A stretch of DNA of 58,640 nt from an uncultured Candidatus Saccharibacteria bacterium (GTDB taxonomy: Bacteria > Patescibacteriota > Minisyncoccia > Phycocordibacterales > UBA9973): contig CAYREQ010000002.1 in NCBI GenBank assembly GCA_964423445.1, positions 1 through 58,640 of the forward strand, given 5' to 3'. Numbering within the stretch: position 1 is the first letter of the stretch; each line of letters opens with the position of its first letter. The position numbers and the translations under genes are program-made. Below, piece by piece: positions 35,993 to 44,181 of this stretch. Under the pieces are notes generated by a model. That model saw only the letters and a list, made by a program, of their open reading frames with translations, had not been told where the DNA came from and searched no databases.

Positions 35993-38980
35993 ATGAACAA
36001 TACTGAGGAATTTAATAAAGAGTATAAAAAGCTAAATAAGGCTCAAAAAGAGGCCGTAGATACCCTTGAGGGACCAGTGATGGTAGTAGCAGGACCTGGC
36101 ACAGGAAAGACTCAGATATTGGCTCTGCGCATAGGAAATATATTGAAAAAGGGGCTCGCTTCTCCTGATGGCATTTTGTGCCTTACTTTTACTCGTTCTG
36201 GAGTAAAAGCTATGAAAAATAGACTAGAGGATTATATTGGGGCGGATGCTAACAATGTCCAAATATCTACATTTCACTCTTTTGCAAATGAACTTATTGA
36301 AAAGTATCATCATCTTTTAGATTTTAAAACCATACCAAAATTATTAGAAGAAGATGAGGCTGTATTTTTAGTGGATGAGATAATGCAAAACAATATTTGG
36401 GAGTATTTGCGTCCTCGTTCAAACCCTACACTGTATTTTAATGACTTGAAACAATTAATCTCAATTTTAAAACGTGAACGGCTGAGTCCAGAAGAATTTT
36501 TATCGTATGTAGAAGAAGATATTAAAAGTTTAAAAAATGATCCTGATAGTATATCTAGTCGAGGGGAGAGTAAAGGAAAATTAAAAAAAGAAATTGAGAA
36601 GAAAATAGAATCCTTAGAGAGGACTCGTGAGGTAGTAGAATTTTATAGAATATATGAAGAGAAAAAGAAAGAAAATGCTCTCATGGATTATGACGATGTC
36701 TTAGAGTATGCAGTAAAATTAGTAGAAGATTTTGAAGATGTGAGAGCTGATATTTATGAGGAATTTTTATATTTATTAGTGGATGAACATCAAGACAGTA
36801 GTGGGGTACAAAATAATTTTATAAAGGCAGTATGGAAAGACACCGAACAGCCAAATATATTTGTAGTTGGTGACGACAGACAATTGATCTATGCTTTCTC
36901 TGGAGCAAAGCTCTCATACTTTGAGGAATTTGCACACTTTTTCGGCAAAGCTAAACTCATTACTTTGACTGAGAATTATCGCTCCACCGCTAATATATTA
37001 GACTTAGCAGACAATTTACTTTCCAGTTCTGTGGCAAAAGAAAAACTTCACTCAAATACAAAAGGCAAAGAAAAGATTTTATTAGAAGAATACAGTTATC
37101 CCAGGGATGAGATTATTGGCGCTGGGCTATATTTTAAAGAAAAAATCGACAAAGGTTGCAACCCCGAAGATTGTGCTATTTTATTGCCAAAGAATTTTCA
37201 TGTTCGTACAGCCATACAAATACTTTTAGATATGGGCCTGCCTGTATCTACCGGCAAGAGCGTTTCACTATTTAGCTTAAAAGAGACAAAATCTTTTTTA
37301 CGAATTTTAAATATAATAAATGATCCTTTTAATTCCACTCTTATTTCTGAGTCATTATTAGACAGTAAAAATGGAGTAAAATCTTTTGAAGCGCATAAGT
37401 TTTTAAAGAATAATAAGACCTATAATTTAACCTTAGAAGATTTGATAAAAAATGGCATAAGTGATGGACTCTTTGCAGAAGAAAATGAAATCTCAAAATG
37501 GGGTAATACCTTAAAAAATTGGGTAGAATTGCAAAATAGTAATTTGTCTCAAATAGTAAGTAAAATAGGAAATGACTTCTTGATTAAAAATTCAAAAGGT
37601 CACGAAGAGCTCTTGAGGAGTGTAGAAATAGTGCGTAGTTTTATTCATGCGTCTAGCATGTTTGAACAAAAGAATCCAAATGCAAGCTTAAAAGACTTTT
37701 TGGAATATTTTAAAAGATTAGAGAATTATGGAAATCATGTCAGCATAGCTACTTTCGGTAGTGAAAAAGGTATTGCTGTGATGACACTACACAAATCAAA
37801 AGGACTGGAATATAAAAATGTGTGGATAGGGCATATGAATGAAGAAGTACTAAACTCTGGGAAAAAGAATAGCTTTACTTTACCAGAGAAAGTAAAAGAA
37901 CATATACATCAAAGAGATATAGAAAACGCAAAAAGAGAGTTATACGTGTCTATAACTCGAGCAAAAGAAAATTGTGTCATATCTTATGCTGGTGAAAATT
38001 ATAATGGGGCAGAAATGGAGCTGGCACAGATAATCCGTATTTTACCAGAGGTACATTTCATCAAAAAAAATAGAGAAGAGACTGAACAAAAAATCATGGA
38101 AAGTGAAAATGGAGTAAAATCTTTTGTGAGTTACAAAGATGTGATAGATATAGACACCTTAGAAGATATAAAAAAATTCGTAAGACAAAATTATACAGAT
38201 ACAAAGGTCTCCGTATCATTGCTCAATAATTTTTTTGAATGTCCTTGGAAGTGGTATTTTAGAAATTTTCTTAAATTACCAGAAGTAAAAGGCACCTCAC
38301 TTGCACTCGGTTCTGCGGTGCACTCTGTAATAGAATTTATTTTAAAGAGTAAAGGGAAGCCAAAAGAAGAGGAAATAAAAGATAAAATTATTTTTGAGCT
38401 GAAAAGAGAGGGGCTACAAGATCAAAAAGAAATAAACAGGATTTCAAAGGAAGCAAAAAAAGCTGTAGATAATTGGCTTCTAAATTATTATGAAAAATTA
38501 GAAAAAGACTATGAGTCTGAGAGGTCTATACAGTTTAGGGATTCCAGCTATAAAAATTTATTGATGTATGGAAAATTAGACCTCACAGAGAGAGATGTAG
38601 AAGGGAATATAATTATTACTGATTTTAAAACAGGTAAGCCTAAGACAAAAGGCGAGATAGAAAAATTGGATGAAGAAAATAGACTTTCTTCCTATATGCG
38701 CCAGCTAGCTATGTATTCTTATCTAGTAGCTGGAGCAGAGAAAGGTAAACAGGTAGCATTTTCTAGGTTGATGTTTTTAGAAGGAGATGTGAAAGATAAA
38801 AATTCTCTATACTCTACACATATAGATAAAGAAAAAATAGATTTGTTAAAGAAAGATATAAATGATTATATGGAGAATTTAGAGAGTGGGGAATGGGTAA
38901 ATCTCACTTGCCACTATAAATCTTGGGGTTCAAACAAAGATGAATGCGAATACTGCATTTTAAAGTCTAGAATTATTTAA
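35993..38980 (+). CDS. UvrD/PcrA-type helicase fused to RecB/AddB-type PD-(D/E)XK nuclease
   Basis: 995 aa with 'AGPGTGKTQ', 'LVDEHQD' and 'TLHKSKGLEY'. C-terminus has 'ITDFKTGK', 'QLAMYSY' and Cys at 'ECPW' plus 'C-x12-C-x2-C'. Confidence 0.88.
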   Translation: MNNTEEFNKEYKKLNKAQKEAVDTLEGPVMVVAGPGTGKTQILALRIGNILKKGLASPDGILCLTFTRSGVKAMKNRLEDYIGADANNVQISTFHSFANELIEKYHHLLDFKTIPKLLEEDEAVFLVDEIMQNNIWEYLRPRSNPTLYFNDLKQLISILKRERLSPEEFLSYVEEDIKSLKNDPDSISSRGESKGKLKKEIEKKIESLERTREVVEFYRIYEEKKKENALMDYDDVLEYAVKLVEDFEDVRADIYEEFLYLLVDEHQDSSGVQNNFIKAVWKDTEQPNIFVVGDDRQLIYAFSGAKLSYFEEFAHFFGKAKLITLTENYRSTANILDLADNLLSSSVAKEKLHSNTKGKEKILLEEYSYPRDEIIGAGLYFKEKIDKGCNPEDCAILLPKNFHVRTAIQILLDMGLPVSTGKSVSLFSLKETKSFLRILNIINDPFNSTLISESLLDSKNGVKSFEAHKFLKNNKTYNLTLEDLIKNGISDGLFAEENEISKWGNTLKNWVELQNSNLSQIVSKIGNDFLIKNSKGHEELLRSVEIVRSFIHASSMFEQKNPNASLKDFLEYFKRLENYGNHVSIATFGSEKGIAVMTLHKSKGLEYKNVWIGHMNEEVLNSGKKNSFTLPEKVKEHIHQRDIENAKRELYVSITRAKENCVISYAGENYNGAEMELAQIIRILPEVHFIKKNREETEQKIMESENGVKSFVSYKDVIDIDTLEDIKKFVRQNYTDTKVSVSLLNNFFECPWKWYFRNFLKLPEVKGTSLALGSAVHSVIEFILKSKGKPKEEEIKDKIIFELKREGLQDQKEINRISKEAKKAVDNWLLNYYEKLEKDYESERSIQFRDSSYKNLLMYGKLDLTERDVEGNIIITDFKTGKPKTKGEIEKLDEENRLSSYMRQLAMYSYLVAGAEKGKQVAFSRLMFLEGDVKDKNSLYSTHIDKEKIDLLKKDINDYMENLESGEWVNLTCHYKSWGSNKDECEYCILKSRII

Positions 38981-39075
38981 AAAATATTAGAGCCATTGTC
39001 TAACCAGCCTAGGTAAAAACCAATCAGCAAAAAGCTGATTAATAGGATGATTAAAACTAAGTAAACCTTTTTCAT
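38977..39075 (-). CDS. candidate 32-aa hydrophobic peptide (leaderless)
   Basis: MKKVYLVLIILLISFLLIGFYLGWLDNGSNIF. ATG lies 6 nt after TACAAT (comp. 39082-39087). Below the track cutoff. Confidence 0.3.
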   Translation of the reverse strand: MKKVYLVLIILLISFLLIGFYLGWLDNGSNIF

Positions 39076-39142
39076 ATATAAATTGTAGCATATATAAAAT
39101 GTGCTTGTAATTTTAGGTTTTTGGCTATAAGATGGTTTATAT

Positions 39143-40186
39143 ATGTTTAAGAAGGTAAATACAAAATCTAAAGAAGAGCTTTTAAATGACCTGCAAAATG
39201 AGACTTTTAACAGAAAGACCTTATCTTTTTATCGCTATGTAAAGATAGCCAATCCCAAAGAAATGCGTGATATGCTTTTCGATAAATTTTCTGAGCTTGG
39301 ATGTTTGGGGAGAATATATATTGCTAGTGAGGGAATAAATGCACAGATGAATGTGCCAGAACACAATTGGACTCAATTTGATAATTTTATTCAAAGTATT
39401 CCTGAATTCTCTGGTGTGCCTTACAAGCTTGCTGTGGAGGAAAAAGGCAAAGGAACATTTTCTAGTTTTATAAAATTGATAGTAAAAGTACGCCCCAAAA
39501 TTGTGGCAGATGGGTTAGATGATTCTACTTTTGATCCTTCTAATACTGGAGATTATGCTACTGCTGAAGATGTAAATAGTATGATTGAAAGAGGAGTGAC
39601 TGTGATAGATATGCGTAATTTTTACGAAGCGATGATAGGGCATTTTAAAGGTGCAAAGATAATGGAAGTGGATACTTTTCGAGAACAGTTGAAAAAAGTC
39701 CATGACATGTTTCGTGATAAAAAAGATGAAGAAGTATTGCTGTATTGCACAGGTGGTATCCGTTGCGAAAAGGCTTCTGCTTGGATGAAGCATAATGGTT
39801 TTAAAAATGTAAAACATATCAAAGGAGGTATTATAGAATATGCTCACCAGGTCAGAGAGAAAGGACTACAAAATAAATTTCTTGGAAAGAACTTTGTTTT
39901 TGATGAACGAATGGGAGAGAAAATAGGAGATGAAATAATCTCATTTTGTCAGGTATGTGAAAAAGAAAAATGCGATAATTATATTCACTGTAAAAATAAA
40001 TCTTGCCATGTATTATTTCTTTGTTGTGAATCTTGTGAGAGTAAATTACGAGGGTATTGCTCAAAAGTATGTAATATCTGTGATAAATTTCCTAGAAAAA
40101 TTAATAAATTTATTGTAGGAGCAGATAAGCAGAACCATAAAAATCAGTATAAAAAGAATTATAAAAGACCAAAAATACAAATATAG
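39143..40186 (+). CDS. trhO: rhodanese-domain tRNA uridine(34) hydroxylase TrhO (YceA/UPF0176)
   Basis: 347 aa with 'YIASEGINAQ', rhodanese loop 'YCTGGIRCEKA' and a Cys-rich C-terminus. Confidence 0.85.
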   Translation: MFKKVNTKSKEELLNDLQNETFNRKTLSFYRYVKIANPKEMRDMLFDKFSELGCLGRIYIASEGINAQMNVPEHNWTQFDNFIQSIPEFSGVPYKLAVEEKGKGTFSSFIKLIVKVRPKIVADGLDDSTFDPSNTGDYATAEDVNSMIERGVTVIDMRNFYEAMIGHFKGAKIMEVDTFREQLKKVHDMFRDKKDEEVLLYCTGGIRCEKASAWMKHNGFKNVKHIKGGIIEYAHQVREKGLQNKFLGKNFVFDERMGEKIGDEIISFCQVCEKEKCDNYIHCKNKSCHVLFLCCESCESKLRGYCSKVCNICDKFPRKINKFIVGADKQNHKNQYKKNYKRPKIQI

Positions 40187-40253
40187 ATAAATTAGCCGAG
40201 TTTTAGGTAATTTGGTATAGTTATATATTATAAGTTTAATTATTTTAAACAAT

Positions 40254-40526
40254 ATGCCGATAATAGAAATACATGGTAAACAAGTTCATATTCCAGGGGA
40301 TAGTGACTCTGCAAAGTTTGCTGCAGAATATTTAGAAAAATATAAAGAAAATGCTGAAGATATATTTCAAGCAGCTCGTCACGACCGTATAAATGGTGTC
40401 ACTCATTTTCAGACTCACAAGCCAGCTGGATATCATGGAGCTACAGAGTTTACAGTAGTTCATAATAAAAATCATGAAGGTGGATATGAATTTGAATTAC
40501 GAAAAAAAGGACACCACATAATGTAA
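40254..40526 (+). CDS. hypothetical protein abutting pheS
   Basis: 90 aa, His-rich. Its TAA stop is immediately followed by the pheS ATG. Confidence 0.55.
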   Translation: MPIIEIHGKQVHIPGDSDSAKFAAEYLEKYKENAEDIFQAARHDRINGVTHFQTHKPAGYHGATEFTVVHNKNHEGGYEFELRKKGHHIM

Positions 40527-41243
40527 ATGAGTGAAGAAAATAAAAAAGGAACAATACACCCACTAAATTTATTAGCCCAAGAGGCTTATAAAGTTTTTTC
40601 TGATATGGGTTTTGAAATTGCAAATGGTAGAGAGCTGGAGAGTGAATGGTATAACTTTGATGTTTTAAATGTTCCCAAAGATCACCCTGCACGAGACATG
40701 CAAGACACTTTTTGGATAAAAGAAAAAGATGGTGTACAGAAAAATGTTTTACGTACACACACCACATCAGTGACTGCAAGAGCAATAGAGCAAGCAGGTA
40801 AAGAAGGTAGGATGCCTTGTGCTTTTATTTCCATTGGAAAAGTTTTTAGAAATGAAGCTACTGACGCTACTCATGAAATGCAATTTTTCCAGATAGATGG
40901 ATCTATGATTGGTGAAAATATTTCTGTAGCAAATTTGAAAGGCGTACTTACAGAATTTTATAAAAAAATGCTAGGAGAAGATGTGGAGATAGAATTTAGA
41001 CCGAGCTTTTTTCCTTTCACTGAGCCTTCTTTTGAAATATTTGCCAAGTTCAATGGTAAGTGGCTCGAGATGATGGGTGGTGGAATGTTGCACCCAAATG
41101 TACTACGTAACATAGGGCTAGACGGAGATAAGGTCCAAGGTTTTGCTTTTGGTGGAGGACTAGACCGTATAGCAATGATAAAGTGGAATATTCCAGATGT
41201 CCGTCTTTTTTATCAAGGAGATTTACGCTTAAATCAATTTTAA
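40527..41243 (+). CDS. pheS: phenylalanine-tRNA ligase alpha subunit (catalytic core only)
   Basis: 238 aa with 'PKDHPARDMQDTF', 'LRTHTT' and 'GFAFGGGLDRIAM'. Lacks the N-terminal coiled-coil arm. Confidence 0.93.
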   Translation: MSEENKKGTIHPLNLLAQEAYKVFSDMGFEIANGRELESEWYNFDVLNVPKDHPARDMQDTFWIKEKDGVQKNVLRTHTTSVTARAIEQAGKEGRMPCAFISIGKVFRNEATDATHEMQFFQIDGSMIGENISVANLKGVLTEFYKKMLGEDVEIEFRPSFFPFTEPSFEIFAKFNGKWLEMMGGGMLHPNVLRNIGLDGDKVQGFAFGGGLDRIAMIKWNIPDVRLFYQGDLRLNQF

Positions 41244-41247
41244 TAAA

Positions 41248-43050
41248 ATGAAAGTATCTTACAATTGGCTAAAATGGTATATACCCGACGCGCCTGAGGC
41301 ACACAAGCTTGCAGATATTTTCAACTACCATCTTTGTGAAGTTGAGACTGTAGAAGAAAAAGATGGCGACTTTATATTAGATATGAAGATTTTGCCAAAT
41401 CGAGCGCATGACCTACTTTCTCATATGGGAATAGCACGTGAGGTATCTTCACTTTTAAATATAAAATACGTAGATCCTACACCTAAATATAAAATTCCAG
41501 AATCTAAACCTACAAATTTAAAAATAAATATTACTACAAATAAAGACAGGAGGCATGTGGGCAGAATAGTCCGTAATGTAAAAGTAGGCCCTAGTCCAGA
41601 ATGGGTGGTAAAACACTTGGCTTCAATAGGGCAGAGAAGTATAAACAATATAGTAGATGCGACAAACCTGACTATGTTTGATTGTGGACAGCCTACACAT
41701 GCTTTTGATTTAAATAAAGTTGAGGGCGGGGAGCTAAATATAAGAGATGCAAAAAATGGAGAAAAAGTAACCCTGTTAACTGGTGAAGAAAAAGAACTAA
41801 AAGAGGGTATGATAGCAATATGTGATGGTGAAGGTAATATTTTAGATACAGGTATAAAAGGTGGAAAACACGCAGAGATAACTACAGCTACCACAGACCT
41901 GATTTTAGAAGCTGACAACTTTGACCCAGTATTTGCTCGTAAAACAGGGCAAGCTTTAAATATTTTCACAGATGCTAGAAAGCGTTTTGAAAATGATCTG
42001 TCTCCAGAGCTCGCACCTTTTGCTATGATGGAGCTTTCAGCTCTAATAGCAGAGATGTGCCCTGAGGCGACTTTTGAAGAAATAGTAGATACTTACCCAC
42101 AAAAACAGACAGAAAAAAAACTTTCTTTTTCAACTGAAAAAATTTCAAAGATTTTAGGTGTACCAGTTTCTGTAATTGAAATAGGTAATATTTTAGAGAG
42201 ATATAAAATTGGATATAAAAATGAAGGGGATAAGTTTGAGATAGTCGTGCCACCAATGCGTATGGATTTGGAAATACAAGAAGATATGGCAGAAGAAATT
42301 GGCAGAATTATGGGCTATGACAAAGTAAAAGGAACTATACCAAAGATAGATTTTAAACCAAAAGTAAATGAAACTTATGAAAAAATCGTCTGGGCTAGAA
42401 ATAAACTCATGAGTGATGGTTATAGTGAAGTCATGACTTACACTTTTAGAAATACTGGTGAAGTGGAAGTCATGCAGAGTGCATCTGATAAAAAGTTTTT
42501 GCGTACAAATTTGAGTGATGGATTAAAAGATAGTTTGAAATTGAATAAAATAAATGCTCCATTATTAGGAACTAGTGAGATAAAAATTTTTGAAATTGGA
42601 ACTGTATGGTGCCCTGGGGAAGAAATGCATATTGCCTATGGAAACAAGAAAGAAGTAAAAGAAATGAAACTTGAAAATTTTATTTCACAAGAAGAGAAAA
42701 ATTTCGTCGCTTTACCCGCTAGCGGGCTCCGACACGAGCAAAATTTTTCTCTTCTTGCTCCATTTAAAATGTGGTCACTTTTTCCATTTGTCGCACGTGA
42801 TGTGGCTGTGTGGGTGCCAGAATCTACTAGTAGCGATGAAGTGGCTAAACTTATAAAAGAAAACATGGGGGATTTAGTGGTAAAAGGTCCAGATTTGTTT
42901 GACTCATTTACAAAAGAAAATCGCACTTCTTATGCTTTCAAGCTAGTTTTTCAGTCTTTTGAACGAACTCTCACAGATGCTGAGGTAAACGAGGTAATGG
43001 CCAAAATAGCTGAAAAAATAAAGGATAATCAGGATTGGCAGGTCAGATAA
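41248..43050 (+). CDS. pheT: phenylalanine-tRNA ligase beta subunit (short form, with insertion)
   Basis: 600 aa with 'MKVSYNWLKWYI', the B3/4 and B5 regions, and C-terminal 'FPFVARDVAVWV'. No OB-fold B2 domain is visible. Confidence 0.93.
   Translation: MKVSYNWLKWYIPDAPEAHKLADIFNYHLCEVETVEEKDGDFILDMKILPNRAHDLLSHMGIAREVSSLLNIKYVDPTPKYKIPESKPTNLKINITTNKDRRHVGRIVRNVKVGPSPEWVVKHLASIGQRSINNIVDATNLTMFDCGQPTHAFDLNKVEGGELNIRDAKNGEKVTLLTGEEKELKEGMIAICDGEGNILDTGIKGGKHAEITTATTDLILEADNFDPVFARKTGQALNIFTDARKRFENDLSPELAPFAMMELSALIAEMCPEATFEEIVDTYPQKQTEKKLSFSTEKISKILGVPVSVIEIGNILERYKIGYKNEGDKFEIVVPPMRMDLEIQEDMAEEIGRIMGYDKVKGTIPKIDFKPKVNETYEKIVWARNKLMSDGYSEVMTYTFRNTGEVEVMQSASDKKFLRTNLSDGLKDSLKLNKINAPLLGTSEIKIFEIGTVWCPGEEMHIAYGNKKEVKEMKLENFISQEEKNFVALPASGLRHEQNFSLLAPFKMWSLFPFVARDVAVWVPESTSSDEVAKLIKENMGDLVVKGPDLFDSFTKENRTSYAFKLVFQSFERTLTDAEVNEVMAKIAEKIKDNQDWQVR
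42688..42757 (+). repeat. in-frame palindromic insertion element, copy 2 (in pheT)
   Basis: Perfect 17-bp arms CAAGAAGAGAAAAATTT (42688-42704) / AAATTTTTCTCTTCTTG (42741-42757) around the core shared with ligA. Confidence 0.85.
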
Positions 43051-43056
43051 GTATAT

Positions 43057-43085
43057 TTGCATTAAAATTCTAGACGTGTTATAAT
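43057..43085 (+). promoter_or_regulatory. near-consensus promoter at start of pheT-gyrB island
   Basis: TTGCAT (43057-43062), 17-nt spacer, TG-n-TATAAT (43080-43085). Confidence 0.6.
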
Positions 43086-43213
43086 AAAAGAGTAAAAATG
43101 AGATCTATTCTATAGGTTTCTCACGTGACCCCAAAAGGGCCATTTTGTTCTTTATTGCTATTCTAGGGGAATAGCCAAGCACCAGGGTTTCTGGTAAATA
43201 GGAGAAAACGCCA

Positions 43214-43399
43214 ATGCATAATTCGAGTGGGGAAGCTCAGGCCCGAGCCTTGAGTAAAAATGAAGTTAAGCAAGGTGTCGTTGACATTATCGACGACGAA
43301 ACAAAGCCATCACCTGTATCGTTTCCCAACGACAGGGAAAAAGATAACGGGCATTATTGCTCATCAATAAACAGATGGGGAGCACCTGGATTGCTTTAA
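43214..43399 (+). CDS. small-ORF cassette 1 (61 aa, acidic)
   Basis: TAGGAG lies 10 nt upstream. '...KQGVVDIIDDETKPSP...REKDN...' resembles cassette 3. A +strand-specific terminator follows. Confidence 0.4.
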   Translation: MHNSSGEAQARALSKNEVKQGVVDIIDDETKPSPVSFPNDREKDNGHYCSSINRWGAPGLL

Positions 43400-43420
43400 T
43401 TCTCCAAAACATCTTGATAA

Positions 43421-43460
43421 GGGTCGTCGCGAAATATTCGTGGCGGCCCTTTTACTTTTT
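43421..43460 (+). terminator. +strand-specific intrinsic terminator
   Basis: 12-bp stem GGGTCGTCGCGA/TCGTGGCGGCCC containing three G:U pairs (would be C:A on the other strand), then TTTTACTTTTT. Confidence 0.75.
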
Positions 43461-43547
43461 CCACATTATATTTGTATATTTTTTCATATGTGTTATATTA
43501 AAAATATGAGTAGAAACGCCCAAATAAATAAAAGTTCAATTTGTTTT

Positions 43548-43661
43548 AAGCAAATTATTTGCTCTTCATTCTAGAAGACTGATATTTGCGCTGTAAAAAA
43601 ATTCAAAAGTTACAACCTAAATACCAGCCTTCTAGAAATAGAAGTCTGGTATTGTTCTTTA
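43548..43661 (+). repeat. repeated leader unit A (promoter-like region plus terminator hairpin)
   Basis: Aligns by eye with 44056-44166 with few substitutions and three 1-nt indels. Ends with hairpin ATACCAGCCTTCTA..TAGAAGTCTGGTAT plus TTGTTCTTTA. Confidence 0.8.
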
Positions 43662-43751
43662 TAGAGTTTGCTGTTTAAACTCTTTTCATCGGAAACTCCA
43701 CCTAGGAGTAAACAATGTTCCAGAAATATTCTGGAGAGGAGAAAAAAAGCA

Positions 43752-43934
43752 ATGTGTTTTTTGTCAGAAGATGACGACTGCCCCGAGCGTCGTAAAGACT
43801 GGGAAGCTCAAAAAAGGGCTTCGGTTCTAGCATCTCAAATTGCTCACAGATCAAAAGTTGTAAGCGAACCTGAAATTCAGCTTCAACAACGTGAAACAGA
43901 TCAATCGTCTAAAGAATCAGACGAAACAATCTAG
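43752..43934 (+). CDS. small-ORF cassette 2 (60 aa, acidic)
   Basis: MCFLSEDDDCPERRKDW... from an internal ATG with GGAGAGGAG upstream. A 19-codon SD-led uORF (43715-43774) precedes it in the -1 frame. Confidence 0.35.
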   Translation: MCFLSEDDDCPERRKDWEAQKRASVLASQIAHRSKVVSEPEIQLQQRETDQSSKESDETI

Positions 43935-44055
43935 CAATAGACATCAAGGGGAAAATCAAATTACGGGCTGTGCGAGATTCGTCACAGCCCAAAAATTCAA
44001 ACTTAAATTTAAAATGAAACAAAATATAAATACAAATAAAAATTTTACATTTACA

Positions 44056-44166
44056 AAGCAAATTTGTTGCTCTTCATTTAGAAGGCTGATATTTGTGCTG
44101 TAAAAATTTTCAAAAGTTACAACCTAAATACCAGTCTTCTAAAAAAGACTGGTATTTTGTTCTTTA
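44056..44166 (+). repeat. repeated leader unit B
   Basis: Second copy of 43548-43661. Hairpin ATACCAGTC..GACTGGTAT plus TTTTGTTCTTTA, then TAGGAG. Confidence 0.8.
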
Positions 44167-44181
44167 CTAGGAGTGTGAATT

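Noticed and set aside
43086-43460. Reading the G+C-rich segments (43086-43460, 5860-6230, 57120-57480) as RNase P RNA, tmRNA, SRP RNA or 6S RNA.
   Set aside because: I found no tmRNA tRNA-like 3' end (GGTTCGA..CCA), no RNase P blocks (GAGGAAAGUCC, GGUAAGAGC, ACAGAAnnCGGCUUA at proper spacing) and no SRP GGAA/AGCAG domain IV motif. Each segment instead has an SD-ATG ORF and a terminator. A covariance-model scan is still advisable.
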